64,000 nt of DNA from assembly GCA_973895155.1 (NCBI GenBank), contig OZ316894.1:7898234-7962233 (forward strand), in the 5' to 3' direction. The notes beneath the pieces were generated by a model. It was not told the origin of the DNA, ran no database searches, and saw only the letters and a list, made by a program, of their open reading frames with translations. The position numbers and the translations under genes are program-made. Source of the stretch: Marsupella aquatica (taxonomy: Eukaryota; Plantae; Marchantiophyta). Positions 49,873 through 62,079 of the stretch are shown one piece after another (within the stretch, counting starts at the first letter, position 1; each line of letters begins with the position of its first letter).

Positions 49873-52800
49873 ATGAAGCCGAAGCCACAAGCCGGTATAA
49901 ACCAGGTTAGTGTTTGTTGACTTAATTGACTCGGTGTCCGACCACGTTCTGCTTCGTATTGTGCGGGTTCACTTGGGACCCTGGTTAGGATTCTTTGTTG
50001 AGATGTCCGGCGCGCTCTTAGGATTTGCTTAAATTGAAAGCATAGGTGGCTCATCGACTATTGATACTGTTCGTGATATAGGATCATGACTCTTTTAGCT
50101 TTCGTGTCATATTCATGCTCGTTTTTCATATGAACCATGAATTATATTAGTTTGTTTTAATTTTTCAAAACCCCATTTATAGAACCTTCCAGATTGCAAC
50201 ATGTCCACTTGAATGCTAATAGGAATGAATGCCCATTCTTTCAATACTAATAGGAATGATAACAAAAATCATCATACGTGATTCATGTTGACATACATAT
50301 ATCCCGTCGTACTTTCCATGTGCAAATTTTGGTGGGGCTCTTACTAGAGTCCCTGTCTAAAGGCTTCACTCTACAGTAGAAGCCTAGACCCCAACTGTAG
50401 CTTCTGTTGGCCACTTATTAGTAAGATTTGTGCATTGTCAAGATTCAATCGAAACTACTAAATATGATCGCCCGTCTGAATTTACAGGTCAACGATTCTG
50501 TTTGGGAACTGTATTGTCCTGACGATAGGATCTATGATATGGAGATTGTCTTTTTCCACGGGCTTCAAATGGGTGCCTTTGAAGACGCTTTCTGGAACAC
50601 TTGGCTGGCCAAAGACGATGAACAGCTGGTGTGGCCCCAAAAATGGCTCAGCAGAAGATTTCCTAGAGCTCGAATCTTATCAATCTCTTATAATTCTAGT
50701 ACAACGCCAGCAGAGATCCAACCTGATATGTATCTACTGGGGGAAAATCTTGTGACGGATATCATCAAGGACTCAAATTGCAGTGTCGGGACACGCGAAG
50801 GCTGTCCAGTGTTCTTGGTAGGTCACAGTTTAGGAGGAATAGTGATTAAGCAATTTATGATATCTGTTATGAGGGGGAGAGAGAGGATCACCGATAAGGA
50901 CATCGTCGGGAAGTTCAAACTATTTTTTGACAACTGGAAGGGAGTTTTCTACTATGCTACTCATGAGGGATCTAAGATAGCAGACCTAATAAAACTAATA
51001 CTAGACACGAATCCAGTCTTAAGTATTCTGACGACTCTTGACAACCAGAGCAGTAGGATCAACGAAGAGTTTAGACGATATCGTCGCTTACTCTATGCAG
51101 AGGCGCACGCGATTGGGGAGTCTCAACCGACATCGTACAGAGTGAGACACCCTTGTCAGACCCAAGTTTCCATTTTAAATGTCCGTCTAAATGATTTCAG
51201 GGTCAATTACAGAATCCCGGAGGTACTTTTACATATTCGATGTATGCATTTTGGTTCAGGCAGTCTGAGGGTGCGAGTCTCAATGTTCTGGGCGACCGAA
51301 CAATATTGACTTTTCTTTGCAAAATGCTTTGTGGCAGGGGTTTAACGAAATAGTTGTGCAAGAGGCATCAGCTCGACATGACGTTTTGGAGTTCTACACT
51401 TTCCAAACAGCAAATCACTTTACAGTTTGTAAAGCAAGGCGCGCGGACGATTCTATTGTCATTGGAAAGCTTGCTCAGTTTATAACCCTGGCCATACCAG
51501 GGTACTTACTCCAATCTAGAAAAGACGAACTTGTACTTGACCCTGAGAACATCCACGGTACTCCTGTACTTCCGCACATGAGGCCGACTCGGTTCGAAAG
51601 GCGGGCGAGTTTTCCACAACCTTCCAATCTACAAGCTTCCAGGATTTTGAGCGACGAACTTGCTGGACAGGTAATCCGGACTCCCGAGTCTTAATTTGGC
51701 CGCATTGAAATCTATGTCATTCATTTGACTAGATAAGTACTGTAAGTAGGTGGCTCGAGACTCGACCCTTCATTTGGCCGAATACATATCTGGTGTCATT
51801 CATTCGATATAAGTAGGAAGCTAGAGACCCAGAGAAGTAAGGTCAAATATATTGTGTCCACAGTCATACTCTGTTTTAATGGCTCTGGAGATCAAACTTG
51901 ACCATCGTCAGGATTAAAAAACTCATAATATTATACAATTTAAAACTATATATTTGTTGGTTCGAGATGATTTGGAAGAAAATACATGCGGACCATTAGG
52001 AATAAAATAAATGAGGACCCCTGACATGCTAAACATTTGCCCTTCTTATGTTTAAGCATTCCCAAGATTTCAAAGTCTCCACTCAACAAGAAGACCCCAC
52101 CGCTGTATTATGTGTGCGCCACGGCTAACTGCTGAGGGCGATGATAGGAAGGATTCACCACACACAAGTACGACGCTTCATCGACTCAACAAGAAGCAAG
52201 ACTTGGAAGTCTCCATTCCCGTAACAATTCATGGAGCGAAGGGCCTGGAGGACTTTTCAGACGTAGAGGAGTTAGTGGACTTTCCAGACTTGGGTCGACT
52301 CAATGTGTTTTAGACAGAGGTGGCCTCGATGAGCCAGCGTCGCCTGCTGAGAGCGACGATAGCAAGGACAGCAAGGATACTACTCCACGCACAAGTACGA
52401 CGCTTCATCGACGCAACAAGAAGCAAGACTTGGAAGTCTCCGTCCTCGTAACACTTGATGGAGCCAACGGCCTGGACGACTTTTCAGACTTTGGTCGCCT
52501 TAACACTGCGAAACGCCTATTGATAACCAGGTTTCCTGGCTCCTCGCTCCTGGGAGATACCCGGCAACTTGTTGCGTTACAGCAGTTGCAAATTCAAGAT
52601 TGTTCGCATGTCAAAGAGCTTCCTGAGTCCCTCGGGCAGCTCATAAATCTGAAACGCCTTGTCATATTGAATTGTCCTAGTTTATCAGGGGTTCCAGAGA
52701 CTCTTGGTAGTCTCACAGCGCTATGGCACCTGCGAATTCAAGATTGTGAGGGATTGAAGGACCTTCCAGGAACGTTGGGGCATCTCTGTGGTCTGGAGGA

Positions 52801-53704
52801 ACTCATTATATGGAATTGTTCTCGTTTAACAGAGATTCCTGATACTATCGGGCAACTTGGGGCGCTGCGGCACCTGCTCGTTCATGGTTGCAAGGGTTTG
52901 GAGGGTCTTCCACAATCCTTGGGCCAACTAGAAAGTCTAGAACACCTGGTTCTATCAAATTGTTCGGGTTTGACAGAGATCCCGTTCAATATCGGGCAGC
53001 TCGTGGCTTTGCGACACCTGCAAATCCAAGACTGCGAACGTTTGAAAATTCTTCCGGAAACCTTAGAGAAAGTTCAAGCTCTCGAATATGCGACGATATC
53101 TAACTGTTCGAATGTATCTAGGTTCCTGAAAGGTTTTAGTGTAGAACTTCTAGAAGAGAGAGCTCCTGCCAAGCGTGATCGTCTACAATGGCCCAGTCTT
53201 GATGAAGTCAAAACCGATTTCAACGTAAAAGGAAAATCTGAAGTTTTGGAGGACGAGGTCTATTTAAACAGTGACGCTGGTCCATTTGTGCCTAGTGCTG
53301 TGAGCTCATCAGAAATGATCTCTACGGAAGAATTTATAGGGGAAGTTGAAAAGGGAGGTGAAGATGGTTACTTTGTCAGTTCCGAGTGGCTTCTCAGTCT
53401 CGACGAGTGTGAAAGGGATTCTTTAATGCTAGTGCTATGGATGGCCGGGTATTCAGAGATTTATGAAACAGCCTCCACAACGTTCTTTGCAAGGTTTGCA
53501 GATTATGTGGAGTGTTCGATCACCTACAACAATCCATCGAGCAAGATCACGAAGACTGACTCTGTCGTTGCTGGTGATATCGATGATCAAGTTGGGATTG
53601 CAGGGGAATCTTATCAGTGGAAGTCGTTCCTAGTAACACTGAAGAGCAAACGTCATCAAAGCTTTTCAGTAAGCACTCAGTGGCTTTCGAATTTGAAAGA
53701 CTGA
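49873..53704 (+). CDS. Alpha/beta-hydrolase plus LRR protein (hydrolase-NLR-like, no NB-ARC seen); possibly decayed
   Basis: Putative exons 49873-49905, 50488-51141, 51338-51670, then ~52314-53704 (splicing between 51671 and 52430 unresolved). Hydrolase motifs IVFFHGLQ, WPQKWL, FLVGHSLGG, NHFTVCK. About 8 NLR-type 24-aa LRRs (LxxLxIxxCxxLxxLPxxLGxL). Short internal duplication 52127-52300 / 52345-52505. Confidence 0.75.
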
Positions 53705-55518
53705 AAGGAAAGCATTTGTAGGAATCTGTCAGGACGCTGGGTACGAGAAGATTTCCGAGACACACACGGCAACTTGGTATGAGAGAACCCTAGGACATAT
53801 ACAGAATCCATCAGGTGGTCAAGGTAGTGAGGATTCACCAGGGTCGACGTCAACCATAAATGAAGGGACAGGCGGCCATCTCAAAAGGCCGGGAAATTTT
53901 GAAAGTGATGGCTTGGCAGGAAGGCTGATGCGAAAGTGGAATGTGAATCTTAGTAATGATGCAGGAGGTTCCTTGCCGGTGGCAGACATGACGGGAGCAA
54001 CTTTGTCCGAGAGGATTGGAGTCCACGAAGTGGGAAATCCCGCAGGTGTACGTGGCGCTGATTCCTCTGAAAGATCGTTCGACAAGAGTGATGATGTTTC
54101 TGTTAATGTCACTAAACCAGGTATAGTTGAAAGCGGTGGCTTACTTGGGTGCCTGATGCCAAGGAGGAATGTCGTTAATGATAATCCAAGTGGTTCCTTT
54201 GGTGAGGGAAACTTGGAGAACCCTCTAGTTGATGCACGTGAGGACGATTCATCAAGCTCATCCAATAGAGATTATGCTAGTGGTGATGTCAGCCGGGATG
54301 GCAACAACCGAGCAGGAACATCTGGTGGTGGTGGCTTGATAAGCCGGTTGGGGAACTTTCTCGAGCAGATATATATCAGTGCTTCCAATGGCCGTGTCAC
54401 AAACGAGATGAGAAACGAGACAGAAACAAGTGAGTTTTAAATGAGTATTGATTTGCAATGTACGTGGTTCAGCTGCCAAGTAACGTTGGAATTTATTTTC
54501 CATAGACTTGCTTGGGGTCGAAGTCTCAGGTGGTGATACAATGACGTCCAGTGCCTTGCCGTTGAAAATTCGAACTTTGCGGTTTTGCAGGGCGGAGGCA
54601 AGACGCACGTCGGGAATGCACTCCGCAGCTTTTGAGAGTGACTTGCTCTTCTGATTCTGATCCGCCTTCTCCTTCAAGTGATCTCCGACCAAGCAAACAC
54701 TACATAAGAAAACAATTTGGTGACGCCCAGAATGAAACGGGTGAAACAATGTCTCCAGAGGGTTCTGAACAATTTTCAAGCCTACGGGTTGTGACAATGC
54801 CTCGAACGGGGGCATCCGAACGAATCTCTACCGCACTTGATCGATGTTTCTCATTACCAACAGTATTGTATCCTCGCAACGAGGGAGCCAAGTTGGTTTC
54901 CGTCAGTCTCAAAGCCACAGCAGAAACCTCACTGGCCACTTACAAGGGAGTGTTAAATTTTCTCAAATGTCTGGTGTAGTCAAGACCCAAGATCGAGATA
55001 AAAATCCATGCATAGCATTGAGATCTTTATGGACAAATGTGTACGGTTGTTGCGCTAGAAACACAAACAGCGAAACTCGGGAGCACATACTTTTGGCTCT
55101 TAAGGCTGAAGACTATCGCAATCCAGTACGTCGGACAGAAGCCGAAAATGCTCAACGATCTCCAGATGGCCTTGTTCAGTTGTCAAGCTCGCTCCAGAAG
55201 CTGAACTCTTGTGAGCCAGGCTCAATATCTCTAGAGTTGCTGAGTGATGTTTGTAGACGACTGAAAAATGACTCACCGAACGGAGTAGCGAGAGCCAATG
55301 GTCTTGATTTCCAAGATCCGGTGATATTGGAGGGGCGATTAAATTTCCACCCAGAATCGTTAGAGCTTGACATTAGGAATTGGCTTGAAATTGTATACTA
55401 TAAACCTCGACCGCCCATCCCCAATGCTAGGTTTTGTGGTGGTTGGCGCACTTGTATAGAGATTGACTTCAACTGTGCTTTGGAAATTAAAACGGATCAA
55501 TTTTCGGTTGGTTGACCA

Positions 55519-58500
55519 TGTCTCACTGTGAATGACTCATACTGATTCCCGACATTCAGACTAGTGACAGTAAGATCTTAATATTAGGACTAGCTTTACG
55601 TGTCAGATAGAATATTAGCCTTTACGTGTCAGATAGAATATTAGCCTCAGACTCAGACTAGTCAGATTTAAATTCAATCAGCATCAAACAGCGATGATCT
55701 AGTTTAAGGATTTGAATTAAATCTACCTGCCAGCACCTAACGTCTTGACTGTGACAAGCGGGACGCGGCCAGCCCTTTGTGTACTGGCAGTCACGCCACC
55801 TGTTTGTGCTGATCACTTGGGCTGCTACTGCGCCTTTTGTTTTTTCTCAGATGGAGCGCCTCTACTTGAGGGTCTCCTCTCATTCTATTCACTACATTGT
55901 GCATTTGTATTTTTCCTATGTTTGAGCGCGTATGCTTTAGTCACAGGTTATGGGCCGAAAATGTTTTACTCATCACGCTCTACCATGTAGTGTTGTCACG
56001 TACATTTGCTGTGTTCTCACGTACATTTGCTTTACTTGCATCGATACATTGACTCGTATTCTCGCTTCGTTGTTGACATATTTTTCCAACTTCTCGATGA
56101 GTACCTCCGTAGGCTACAACAGCCATCTCATACCTAAGCTAGAAGGTAATCTCAATTTTCCCGCATGGAAGCTACTGTGTACTTCCACACTCAAGGCCTC
56201 CAGTGCCTGGAAGTTTGTCGATGGGACTGCGACTGAACCGACTAGAGATCCTACTGAAAAGGACTATCAATTTGCTGAGCGTTCAGAAGTTTTTCACTCC
56301 CGAGCTGCACAAGCTTGCAATATTATTCTTTCATCCTGCAGACCTCACATTCAGCAAACACTTGCTACATTTCCTTAGCCAAGGATTTCTGGGAAAAGCT
56401 AATTGCTACGTATGAGGCTGACGGATTGATTCATTTGCAGGATATTTGGGCTAATTTTGTCCACTGCAAATATGAAGGCGAAGAGATTGAAGAGTTTTGT
56501 GCCACATTTCGTGCTGCTGTTGATAAATGCACTGCTGTCGGGATTGTCACTCAAGAAAAGATTCAAGTTCTTCACTTCGTCACCATTCTTGACACTCACT
56601 TTGAGCACTGGACGGCAAATAAACATGACCAGATGAGACGTGATCCTAAGAATCTTCCCACTCTCAGTGCTCTCATTAACGAAGTGGTTGATGAATCTCG
56701 TAAGAGACGTGAATGTGCTGCGCTTCAAGTCCTCACCAATCGAGTTCCTGCTGTGACTCCTCCTAGGAACAAGCGTCTCAAGCCGGGCAGACCAGATGTC
56801 TGCACCACTTGTCAACTTCCTAGTCATGGTGCAGACCGCTGCTTCTACGCGCACGTCAATTTACATCCTGACCATTGGCAGCCGAATCCTGCAGTCTTGC
56901 AGAGAATACAAGATCGAAGCAGTACTCCTGCTCGACATCTCAATCATGTACAGGCGCAAGTAGCCTCGACATCCACCGAGGAGATTGACTGTGACATTTT
57001 TTCAAGCTATTATGCTCAATTTGGTCATGATGCGACCAATCATATGTAGAACAAGTCCTCTGCCAATCTATGGATTGCTGACTCGGGTGCTAGTCATCAT
57101 TTCTGCAACAATCGAAGTCTCTTTGCTGACTACATTGATGATCCCCTACCAATCAATACTGGGAATGGCTCGGTTACTTCCCCTGGGAAAGGGTCTATTC
57201 ATCTTCTAATCCAACGCTCTGGTGGTGACTACAAACCTTTGTTGTTGGCTAATGTTCGATACACACCAACGAGCTTCCTCAACACCATCTCTGAAGATGT
57301 TCTGGAACAACACAACATCAGTTGGCGCAGTGAATTGCAGCAGTTCATTCATCTTCCGACTGGCACTGAGTTTGCTGTGGTCACTAAGCAAAATGGATTG
57401 AAACTACTCAATGTCCGCATACCGGCCCTAGCCGAGCATTATGCAGTGGTGGTACCATCAGCTATTCTTGATCTCAACATTCTCCACAGACGACTTGCAC
57501 ATCTTCATGTTGATGGCATTCGACAACTACTCAAACAAGAAGGGCTCTCGCTATCATCTTCGTCTCTTTTTACGCCATGTGAAGCATGCTCTCTTGCCAA
57601 GTCCAGTAAAATCATTTGTCGCATTCCTCAATCACGAGCTCTTAGTCCATTTCAGATTATTCATCTTGATACATGTGGACCACTCTCTACGTCTGCCATA
57701 GGAAACAAGCATTACTTCCTTATCTTTACTGATGATTTCTCCCGCTATCGCTGGGTTGTCTGCCTTTCAACTAAAAGTCAAGCATTCACTGCCATCCAAC
57801 ATTTCTTTTTCTCCGTTGTCAATCAGTATCACTCCACCATCTCTGAACTCCACATTGACAATGGTACTGAATTTGGAGGTCGACAACTTACTGACTTCTT
57901 GGCATCCCAAGGATGCAAACATGTACCTTCGGCTCCCTATCATCATGAGCAGAATGGAATTGCTGAACGATCTATTGGTGTCATCACTCAGAAAGCTCGT
58001 GCAATGATTATTGATGCTCACCTTCCAAAACATCTTTGGCCTGAGGCAATTACAACTGCTGTCTACATTGCCAATAGATCACCGACTGTTGTTAATCCAG
58101 CGAGCTCCACACCTCAAGCACGTCTCCACCAGGCAATAGGACGACCACAGCAGACCAACATTACTCGTCTCCGGTCCTATGGTGCAACTGCCTATGTCCA
58201 CATTCCACCTGAGAAACGTGCTCGTGGAGATAAATTTACGGCACGTGCTAGGAAGGGCTTCCTTGTTGGATATGCTGATGGTCTCAACTACAAAATCTGG
58301 TTTCCAACTACTAATGAGATTGTTCGCTCTGCATATGTACAGTTTGATGAGACTCCACGAACCTCTGCCATCAATAGCAGCGACACGTTGTCTCACACTG
58401 CTACGTCTAGCACCGATGATGTAGTGGCTATCTTCTCAGCACCAGTCCCACAGCTATCGACTATCCCCTCTGATTGTTCCGTGGATGCTGAGCAAACATC

Positions 58501-60805
58501 CACCACAATTTGTACTGGCAGTCAGCATGATGACACCACGGTGACCACCTCCACTGATGATTTGACGTCATCAATTGATGCAGTCGCTTGCCCTGCTAAT
58601 GCGCCAGTGATCCAGGCTCCCCCCTTGGGATATCACACCGAAGGAGAAATTCAAGCTGACATTGCAACTGTCATAATTCCCACTCCACTCCGAAGATCAT
58701 CACGTCTCAACAAAGGAGTTCCACCTTCTCGATTAGATGATGGCATCAATCAGGTCCTCACTTCTCTACCACCAACGCTTCTCTACAACTACTCGGCGGC
58801 TCTCTTCTCACTCACGTTGACAGATCCACCACGTCATCACAAAGAAGCCATGCAGCGACCTGACTCTTCCAAATGGAAGGAAGCGGAGATGCTGGAGCTC
58901 CACCAACTTCGCAAGCTCAATGTTGCCCGACTTGTACCACTTCCAATTGGTGCTCGATTACTACCTTCAAAATGGGTGTATAATATCAAACGTGATGGGA
59001 TCTACAAAGCACGACTGAGCACGAAATTCAGAGAAGCACGACTCAGAGAAATTCGTGCTTCTCTGAATTTCGTTTGTCGTGCTTTGCTGACGATAGATCC
59101 ATGAGACTATTCAGAAAAGCTGTAACTATGTCAACTGAGTGAGCTTTTCTGAATAGTCTCATGGATCTATCGTCAGCAATCTACATCCGCCCTCCTCCTG
59201 GATATGAGACTTACGATGCACTTGGCCGACTCCTTGTCTGGCTACTTTTGCGAGCCTGGTATGATCTGAAACAAGCCAATCATCTTTGGTATCATACTAT
59301 CACGAAATATCTCATTCAACATGGCTTCCTCCCACTGCCATCGGATCCATGTGTACTCCAGAATGATGAGGGTGAACTTCTCATCCTTTGGGTGGATGAT
59401 ATTATTATTGTCTCTAAAGATCTTTGTGGAATCCAGCGCATCAAAGCTATAATCTCCAGTGAATATGAAGTCCGTGATCTAGGTGACCTTGAGGAGTACC
59501 TAGGAATGTCAATCACCAGGAATTGTTTGGAGCGGACTCTCTACATCACTCAGCATCGCTACATTCTAAAGATTCTACAGAAGTTTCACTTGCAGGATTC
59601 TCGCCTAGCTCCGTCACCTACTGCTGATAGAGATCAACTTCTTCCAAACTCGGACGTCGCCACACATGATCAACGCCAGCTCTACCAGGCCATGCTTGGG
59701 TCCATAATGTATGCAGCAGTCTGGACCAGACCAGATCTATCAGAACGTTGTAGTCGGCTTGGCCAGTTTGCACATAATCCATCTCCGGAACATGAGAGTT
59801 GTCTACGTCGAGTGTACATCTATCTTTGTGGCACCAAGCATCTGGGCATCAGATTTCAACCATGAAACTATGATGGACTTGAAATTCATTCTCTTGGTCT
59901 TGTTGGCTATTCTGACTCATCTTATGCTGACACTCTCGACTGCAAATCTACTAGTGGATATCTTTTCAAGTTTGTGAATGGTCCCATTTCATGGAAATCA
60001 CGCAAGCAACCCATTACTGCCACTTCGTCTACTGAGAGTGAATATATTGCTTACTCTATTGCCACGAAGGAGGCCATCTGGCTTTGCCGACTACTTCATG
60101 AGCTTCATTACAATGCTCCAGATTCTCACAGGGTTGTCATCTATGGTGACAACAAGCCTGCCATTTCACTTACGTTCAATCCTGCTCATCACTTCAGGAC
60201 CAAACACATTGATGTTCCGTATCATTTTGTTCGTGAGCAAGTTCAGTCAGGAATTGTTATTATTCAATATCTTTCCACACAGGACATGCCAGCCGATGGT
60301 CTTACTAAGCCTCTTGTTGGGATCAACTTTTGACATTTTGTTGATCTTCTTGGTCTCAAGTTGTTACCTGCCAGCCCAATCCGGGGGTGTCTCACTGTGA
60401 ATGACTCATACTGATTCCCGACATTTAGACTAGTGACAGTAAGATCTTAATATTAGGACTAGCTTTACATGTCAGATAGAATATTAGCCTCAGACTCAGA
60501 CTAGTCAGATTTAAATTCAATCAGCATCAAACAGCGATGATCTAGTTTAAGGATTTGAATTAAATCTACCTGCCAGCGCCTAACGTCTTGACTGTGACAA
60601 GCGGGACGCGGCCAGCCCTTTGTGTACTGGCAGCCGTGCCACCTGTTTGTGCTAGCCACCTGTTTGTGCTGATCGCTTGGGCTGCTACTGCGCCTTTTGT
60701 TTTTTCTCAGATGGAGCGCCTCTACTTGAGGGTCTCCTCTCATTCTATTCACTGCATTGTGCATTTGTATTTTTCCTATGTTTGAGCGCGTATGCTTTAG
60801 TCACA
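55519..60805 (+). mobile_element. Older Ty1/Copia LTR retrotransposon with degenerate gag-pol (~56098-60380)
   Basis: LTRs 55519-55945 and 60388-60805 (TGTCTC...GTCACA). PBS GGTTATGGGCC at 55946. G-rich tract before 60388. WIADSGASHH, ILHRRLAH, HLDTCGP, DNGTEF, QNGIAER, LILWVDDII, RTKHID. Several frameshifts and stops. CCATG on both sides. Confidence 0.93.
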
Positions 60806-62079
60806 CCATGGACTCTGTGGAAGTGCAGTATGCTGACAGTGGCCCTCCCGGCAACGGAATCAATTATTCCTCTATTGGATTTCTGCCAACCAGTGCAATA
60901 TGGTTTGACTTCACTCTTCGTTCTTATATGGGTTTTGCGCTCTTATATCCTTCTCTAATTTCTGCGAAAAGGAGGACTGTATCTTTTGCTAACTTTGGGA
61001 GTTTGCATTTGCCGTCTGCTTTTGCGTGTGTCCTCTGTGGACCTTTGCTTTCACTCCTTCACTCTTTTGTTTGGCCCTTATAAAAAAATTGGTCCCTTTT
61101 TTCTTTTTTCTTTCCCTTTTTCCCTCTTTGTTTTCTTTTTCTTTCAGGGTTGCACTTGCTTCTTTTGTGTTTGTCCTCTTTGGATTTCTTTTGTTTGCTC
61201 TTCATTGTACTTTGTTTGGCCCTTTCTCCCGGGGTTTCTATGTAATAATTTTTTCTTGTTTTTTCACTTAAACCACCACTAGCCCACGAACAAAACCCTG
61301 GATCCATCAAATTTCATATAAACAGTACATTTTTTTCCTGAAATTGTGGAACAAAATGCCTAGGAGAGAAGCTGAATGTGAGAAAGGGAGAAATCTTGAC
61401 ACTTCCTCCTTTTATATAGCTAGTGGGGGTTTAAGGAAGTCAAAGGAATCATGTTAGAGTAGTTTTCTGTGCCATCCATGCTACTTTCCCCACCCCGGAG
61501 ATTCGGGTGTGGTACAGGTGCAACTTGTATGGCAAATCCCAAGACTCCCAAGTTGCTCTTCAAGCTTTTGGTGTGAAATTACTGTTTTATACAAGAGTAG
61601 AAGAGTGTAGGGTAAATAGACATTAAGATATTCAAATCATACTAAGTTATGGCAACGAATACAAACAGTACCGCTGTAGTGGGACGGAAATGGTTACAGG
61701 GCACCTTAAGACGAGGTCTGGACGTGTCAGACATATACAAAGACACATGTTGGGAAAATAACAAGAAGCCTTAAAGGATGGGTCTAAGGCCTTAATTCCT
61801 TTTTCCAAAAAATTATGATTTTTAGAAATGTAGTCCTAAAACAAGCAATAAAATCAGCATATTTGTTTGACATTCACCCTTTGCATTTTAAACTAGACTT
61901 TATGTCAATGTTTGAGACAAAACATATTCAAAACTTGATTTTCATAGAATTGACCTGTCAAAAACAATCATTTATATCATAGTTAGGCTCCAAGGCCATT
62001 GACATCTCAAAACTTGCAAGTAAAGTCTACTTCTATGCAACTACAACAACCCTAAAATGTCTTACAGAAATATCCTCAG

